A DNA stretch of 20,000 bases from an uncultured virus (IMG/VR IMGVR_UViG_3300020472_000022) (taxonomy: Duplodnaviria; Heunggongvirae; Uroviricota; Caudoviricetes). The notes beneath the pieces were generated by a model. That model was given only the letters and a program-made list of their open reading frames with translations. It made no database searches and was not told the DNA's origin. Of this stretch, positions 16,577-20,000 are shown one piece after another. The first letter of the stretch is position 1. Each line of letters opens with the position of its first letter. Location of the stretch: the IMG/VR virus record IMGVR_UViG_3300020472_000022, one strand, 5' to 3'. A program made the position numbers and the translations under genes.

Positions 16577-17980
16577 TTATACAATTCCTTTTAGTTGTCT
16601 TTTAATGGGTTTCTTCCAGTTGGCAAACCCTGTTTGCCCTCCAGCGGTTGCTGCATTGCTAGCAAAAGTCAGGCAAACAGCATCAGCTAGATCAGGAGAA
16701 GCAATTCCTCTTTTCTTCATTTGGTCCTTGCTTTCAATAATCATCTTCCCAGAAGAGGAGAATTTATAACGAGGTGAGACTAATTCAGCTAATAAATGCT
16801 CATTTTTTGGGATTCTTACATCCCTTTGTTCTAGCCAGGCTTTTACCTTAAACCACAATTCAGCCCTTAAATTCTGATAAGTTTTACTTAGAGCTGGAGC
16901 TTCAGAAGTGTTGATCCCAATACAAGGCAAGCCAAGCTCTCTTAAACGATCAACTACCCCTCCTCCAACTCCAATACTATCAACTAAGATCTCTACTGGT
17001 TTTAGATCATTATCAAATAAAGCATCATATTCAGCTTTAATTGCACCACATAACCTCATGGTATCTAAGCCTTTCCAACTCTTAATGTCCTTTATAACGC
17101 GACCTTGCCTAATAGCAAGGGCGCTAGAATTGCTTCCAAATCGTGCTACATCTAATCCCCAAATAACATTGGCTTTTTTATCTAGTTGAATATCCCTATT
17201 TTGAGCATCCACCACTAAACTTAAAGGAATGACAGTATCATCTTCTGATGCTGGAAATTCCCCTAAAACCCTTACTCTATAAGCATTGCTCTCTTCTCCA
17301 TATCTGATCTTCATCTCCTCAATGTATTCCTTAGAAACTCTAGGAGAGTTGATACAACTAACTTTTCTAGTCCACCAAGAGTCAGCCATTCTATGATGCG
17401 TATCAAAGAAGAAACCGCTTGATCTGGTTGGATTTCCTAGCAATATGGTCGTTGCATTATCTCCAGACATAGAGCCAGCAGCACTTTCAAAAACAGATTC
17501 GGGTATTCCTGATGCTTCATCTGCGATGAGCATCACATTCTCACTATGTACGCCTTGCAAAGCTTCTGGTGTTTCTGCTCTTGAAGTTCTACAACTGATA
17601 AAAGCCTCTGTTGGAGAGGCTTTTAGAAAGATACGATCAGTCTTGGTTTCAAGCAATTCAGACAGCACTTTTGGTAATTCTTTAAGCCATCGTTTAGATT
17701 CAGCAAATAAAGCATCGAATAACTGAGCGCTGGTTGGAGCAGTAACGACTACCTTACAAGGATACCTGGTCAGTATGAACCACAACATACCCCAGGATGC
17801 AGCAGTAGACTTTCCAGTTCCATGTCCTGATCTGACCGAGATTCTTCTTTCTCCTTTAGCGATTGCTTGAAGAAATTCAGCTTGCCACTCGTCAGGCTCT
17901 ACTTTAAGAATGTTTTTAACAAATGCAGTTGGATTATTGCGATATGCTTTAACGAAATCTAAAAATGGATTATCAGCCAT
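16577..17980 (-). CDS. terL: Terminase large subunit, 467 aa
   Basis: PDEWQ Q-motif, Walker A SGHGTGKS, Walker B LIADEASG, motif III GNP, nuclease GLDVAR and SPDLADA. Confidence 0.95.
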   Translation of the reverse strand: MADNPFLDFVKAYRNNPTAFVKNILKVEPDEWQAEFLQAIAKGERRISVRSGHGTGKSTAASWGMLWFILTRYPCKVVVTAPTSAQLFDALFAESKRWLKELPKVLSELLETKTDRIFLKASPTEAFISCRTSRAETPEALQGVHSENVMLIADEASGIPESVFESAAGSMSGDNATTILLGNPTRSSGFFFDTHHRMADSWWTRKVSCINSPRVSKEYIEEMKIRYGEESNAYRVRVLGEFPASEDDTVIPLSLVVDAQNRDIQLDKKANVIWGLDVARFGSNSSALAIRQGRVIKDIKSWKGLDTMRLCGAIKAEYDALFDNDLKPVEILVDSIGVGGGVVDRLRELGLPCIGINTSEAPALSKTYQNLRAELWFKVKAWLEQRDVRIPKNEHLLAELVSPRYKFSSSGKMIIESKDQMKKRGIASPDLADAVCLTFASNAATAGGQTGFANWKKPIKRQLKGIV

Positions 17981-18242
17981 CTGTTTGTTCGTCAGTCTTT
18001 TCTTCAGTTAAAAGTCTATTAGATTCTTCTGAACATGATGGGAAGTTGATAATGCAATGAGCTTTCCAGGCATTAAGAGAACATCCCCAGTCATCGCCCT
18101 TGCCTCGATAATGTAATGGGTAGTTTAATATTTCTTCTTTTAACAGAATCAACTCTTGTTGGTGGGATACTGTTGTGTATACACCAACTGCCGTTCCTGA
18201 AAAGAAAATCATAAATACGATTAGAATATATTTAACGCTCAT
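17973..18242 (-). CDS. Hypothetical membrane-anchored/secreted protein, 89 aa
   Basis: AAGGAG RBS and a hydrophobic N-terminal segment. Overlaps the terL start. Confidence 0.65.
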   Translation of the reverse strand: MSVKYILIVFMIFFSGTAVGVYTTVSHQQELILLKEEILNYPLHYRGKGDDWGCSLNAWKAHCIINFPSCSEESNRLLTEEKTDEQTDG

Positions 18243-18366
18243 TCTTCTTCTCCTTTTTTTTATCTTTTTTAAAGCATGAATAAGTTGCTCTACATCTTTG
18301 ACAAATACCTTTTTCTAAACGAGCGTCATTACCACAAAAATCACATTTAGCAATTAAGAAGCCCAA
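18232..18366 (-). CDS. Small zinc-ribbon-like protein, 44 aa (TTG start; absent from the ORF track)
   Basis: MGFLIAKCDFCGNDARLEKGICQRCRATYSCFKKDKKKEKKNER*. Two CxxC pairs, AAGGA RBS, overlaps both neighbours. Confidence 0.55.
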   Translation of the reverse strand: MGFLIAKCDFCGNDARLEKGICQRCRATYSCFKKDKKKEKKNER

Positions 18367-19049
18367 TTTTCCTTCTTGCCACAATGGCGCATGATTGTTG
18401 AAGGAGAACAAGGAAAAAACTTACTTGTAATTTCATCAGCAATTTTTCTAAAAGGAACATGATCAGATCTTCTTTGTCTCATAAGCTTGTCAGCTTCCGT
18501 CTTGTGTTTAGATTCAATTAAAAATGATTCCTTACCATTGCCCTTCAATTCCCATCCAAAGGGAATAGGACCGCCTGTATAGCCTTTAGATTTGATGTTA
18601 GGTAAAGACATTGCAGCTTTAGATTCTTTGCCTTTAGTAATACGATCTTTAATCATTAATCTTTCGTAATCTGCAAAAGAAGCCATGATGTTAATCATTA
18701 GTTGAGCTACGATATTTTTATCATCAGTTAGATCACCTAAATCTTTAGTAATAACTCTTACACCTAATGATTTAAGTTTTTCTATGTCATTTAAGCAATT
18801 CCTAAGATGTCTCGTAAAGCGATCTAGTTTAGCAACGATGATTACATCTCCTGATTTGAGTTCAATATCTTTCATAGATGGTCTTTCAAAGAAATTAGTA
18901 GAACCTGAAACGCCCACATCTTTTAAAATTTTTTTTATTTTTAGGTTCTCTATCATTGCTAGACCAGCAACTTGTCGTTCCTGGTCAGCAATGCTGGTGT
19001 TATCAGCTTGGCTAAGTGTAGAAACTCTTGCATATCCATAAACTGTCAT
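18354..19049 (-). CDS. Serine recombinase (resolvase/invertase family), 231 aa
   Basis: YGYARVST catalytic Ser motif, RP, GDVIIVAKLDRFTR, FADYERLMIKDR, G.YTGGPIPFGW and a C-terminal helix-turn-helix-like region. AGGAGA RBS. Confidence 0.92.
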   Translation of the reverse strand: MTVYGYARVSTLSQADNTSIADQERQVAGLAMIENLKIKKILKDVGVSGSTNFFERPSMKDIELKSGDVIIVAKLDRFTRHLRNCLNDIEKLKSLGVRVITKDLGDLTDDKNIVAQLMINIMASFADYERLMIKDRITKGKESKAAMSLPNIKSKGYTGGPIPFGWELKGNGKESFLIESKHKTEADKLMRQRRSDHVPFRKIADEITSKFFPCSPSTIMRHCGKKENWAS

Positions 19050-19073
19050 ATCGCTCTCCTATAGTTTTTATTT

Positions 19074-19102
19074 AATATACCCTGTCTTGTTTAAGGTGAC
19101 AA
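19074..19102 (-). promoter_or_regulatory. Leftward sigma70 promoter (TTGTCA-N17-TATATT) for the recombinase operon
   Basis: 5/6 match at both hexamers with 17-bp spacing, just upstream of the recombinase RBS. Confidence 0.7.
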
Positions 19103-19423
19103 GTGTTTTATTTTATATTTTTTTAAAAATTTTTTTGTGCGTCAGGACTTAGTCATTATCATCACCCGAAAACTATTTAAGGGGGGGTCGATTGATTTTT
19201 TATCTTCCAGAAAAAAACTCAACGAAAAAATGATAAAAATATACTTAATTGTAAGTTATTGATTATAAAGGCTTTGCGCTGTTTCATTTCATTGTTGTAA
19301 CACAGACGCAAATAATAATAATACTATATTTATCATTTTAGCTTAGATGCTAGCTTTTAAAATTCCTACATGCGTATTCTTTAACATATCTTAATGTCTT
19401 TTTAATTAGTTGTACTGTTAAAC

Positions 19424-19452
19424 TTGACACCATAAAGGTGACAGACGATAAT
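19424..19452 (+). promoter_or_regulatory. Rightward sigma70 promoter (TTGACA-N17-GATAAT)
   Basis: Perfect -35, 5/6 -10, 17-bp spacer. Lies upstream of a GAGGAGG RBS. Confidence 0.85.
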
Positions 19453-19504
19453 GGTACTTAATAACAATGATAGTTTAATTATTAATAGAGGAGGTTTCAG
19501 AAGC

Positions 19505-19696
19505 ATGAGCAAGCTAACATTAAAACAAATACAAACAAAAATAAATGATATTGAAAGTAAATATTACAAGGGTTGGAGACAATCAGAGGAATGGTGGCGA
19601 GTAAGTGGTGATGTTCACCCGATAGACAGAGGATTATGGTCAAGGTATACGAAGTTACTTACTACAAGAAAAGAGGAGGAGGAAGCTAATGAATAA
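19505..19696 (+). CDS. Hypothetical early protein, 63 aa (start revised from 19451 to 19505)
   Basis: GAGGAGG RBS precedes ATG 19505. ATG 19451 lies inside the -10 box. Confidence 0.75.
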   Translation: MSKLTLKQIQTKINDIESKYYKGWRQSEEWWRVSGDVHPIDRGLWSRYTKLLTTRKEEEEANE

Positions 19697-19955
19697 TATA
19701 CTTTATCGACTCCATCAAGTCTCAAAAGGCCAGAAAATTCAGCCAGCTTTTATACTTGAAAGCAAAGACTACAAGGAAGTCACTAGCGAATTAGAGCGAC
19801 TTCAGGCTCTAGATGAGAAATTGCAATCTAAGTATATTGATTATTGCAATAGCAATAATCAAAGAGTCAGTAACTCACTTTTATTCTGTTATCAGAGACA
19901 TTTTACTATTGAGACTGTCAGGATTAATAATAATGGATGCTCAGAAACTATATGA
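19689..19955 (+). CDS. Hypothetical early protein, 88 aa
   Basis: GGAGGAGG RBS. Overlaps the upstream gene end. Confidence 0.7.
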   Translation: MNNILYRLHQVSKGQKIQPAFILESKDYKEVTSELERLQALDEKLQSKYIDYCNSNNQRVSNSLLFCYQRHFTIETVRINNNGCSETI

Positions 19956-20000
19956 ATTAATTTATTAATAACTTAGTATATAATTAACCAATAGGAGAAA

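Noticed and set aside
887..19041. Plus-strand shadow ORFs (e.g. 887-1201, 3034-3582, 8856-9362, 13143-13604, 18784-19041)
   Set aside because: They are antisense to well-supported genes, have no RBS, and show composition typical of reverse-frame artefacts.
19451..19504. N-terminal extension of the 81-aa ORF
   Set aside because: The ATG overlaps the -10 box, and the strong RBS points to ATG 19505.

Overview
AT-rich tailed-phage DNA. Gene order and protein motifs suggest a podovirus of marine pelagiphage/uvMED style (inference). Almost all genes are on the minus strand. Reading right to left: serine recombinase, two small genes, terminase large subunit, a small gene, portal, scaffold, major capsid protein, head-tail adaptor, small structural genes, a tail fibre with an S74-type chaperone domain, a MORN-like gene, a holin-like gene, and a series of putative internal virion/ejection proteins. 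Two plus-strand genes start at the right edge, and one plus-strand gene sits between terL and portal. The standout feature is a compact, ORF-less 252-nt group I intron (IA2-like; minus strand, 11412-11663) that interrupts the major capsid gene. Its removal restores an uninterrupted 316-aa capsid protein. Also notable: a five-hairpin candidate ncRNA/leader with C-rich loops (15864-15979); a MORN-like moron flanked by an exact 22-bp direct repeat of the tail-fibre 3' end; and a pair of divergent promoters beside the recombinase that share an operator-like inverted repeat.
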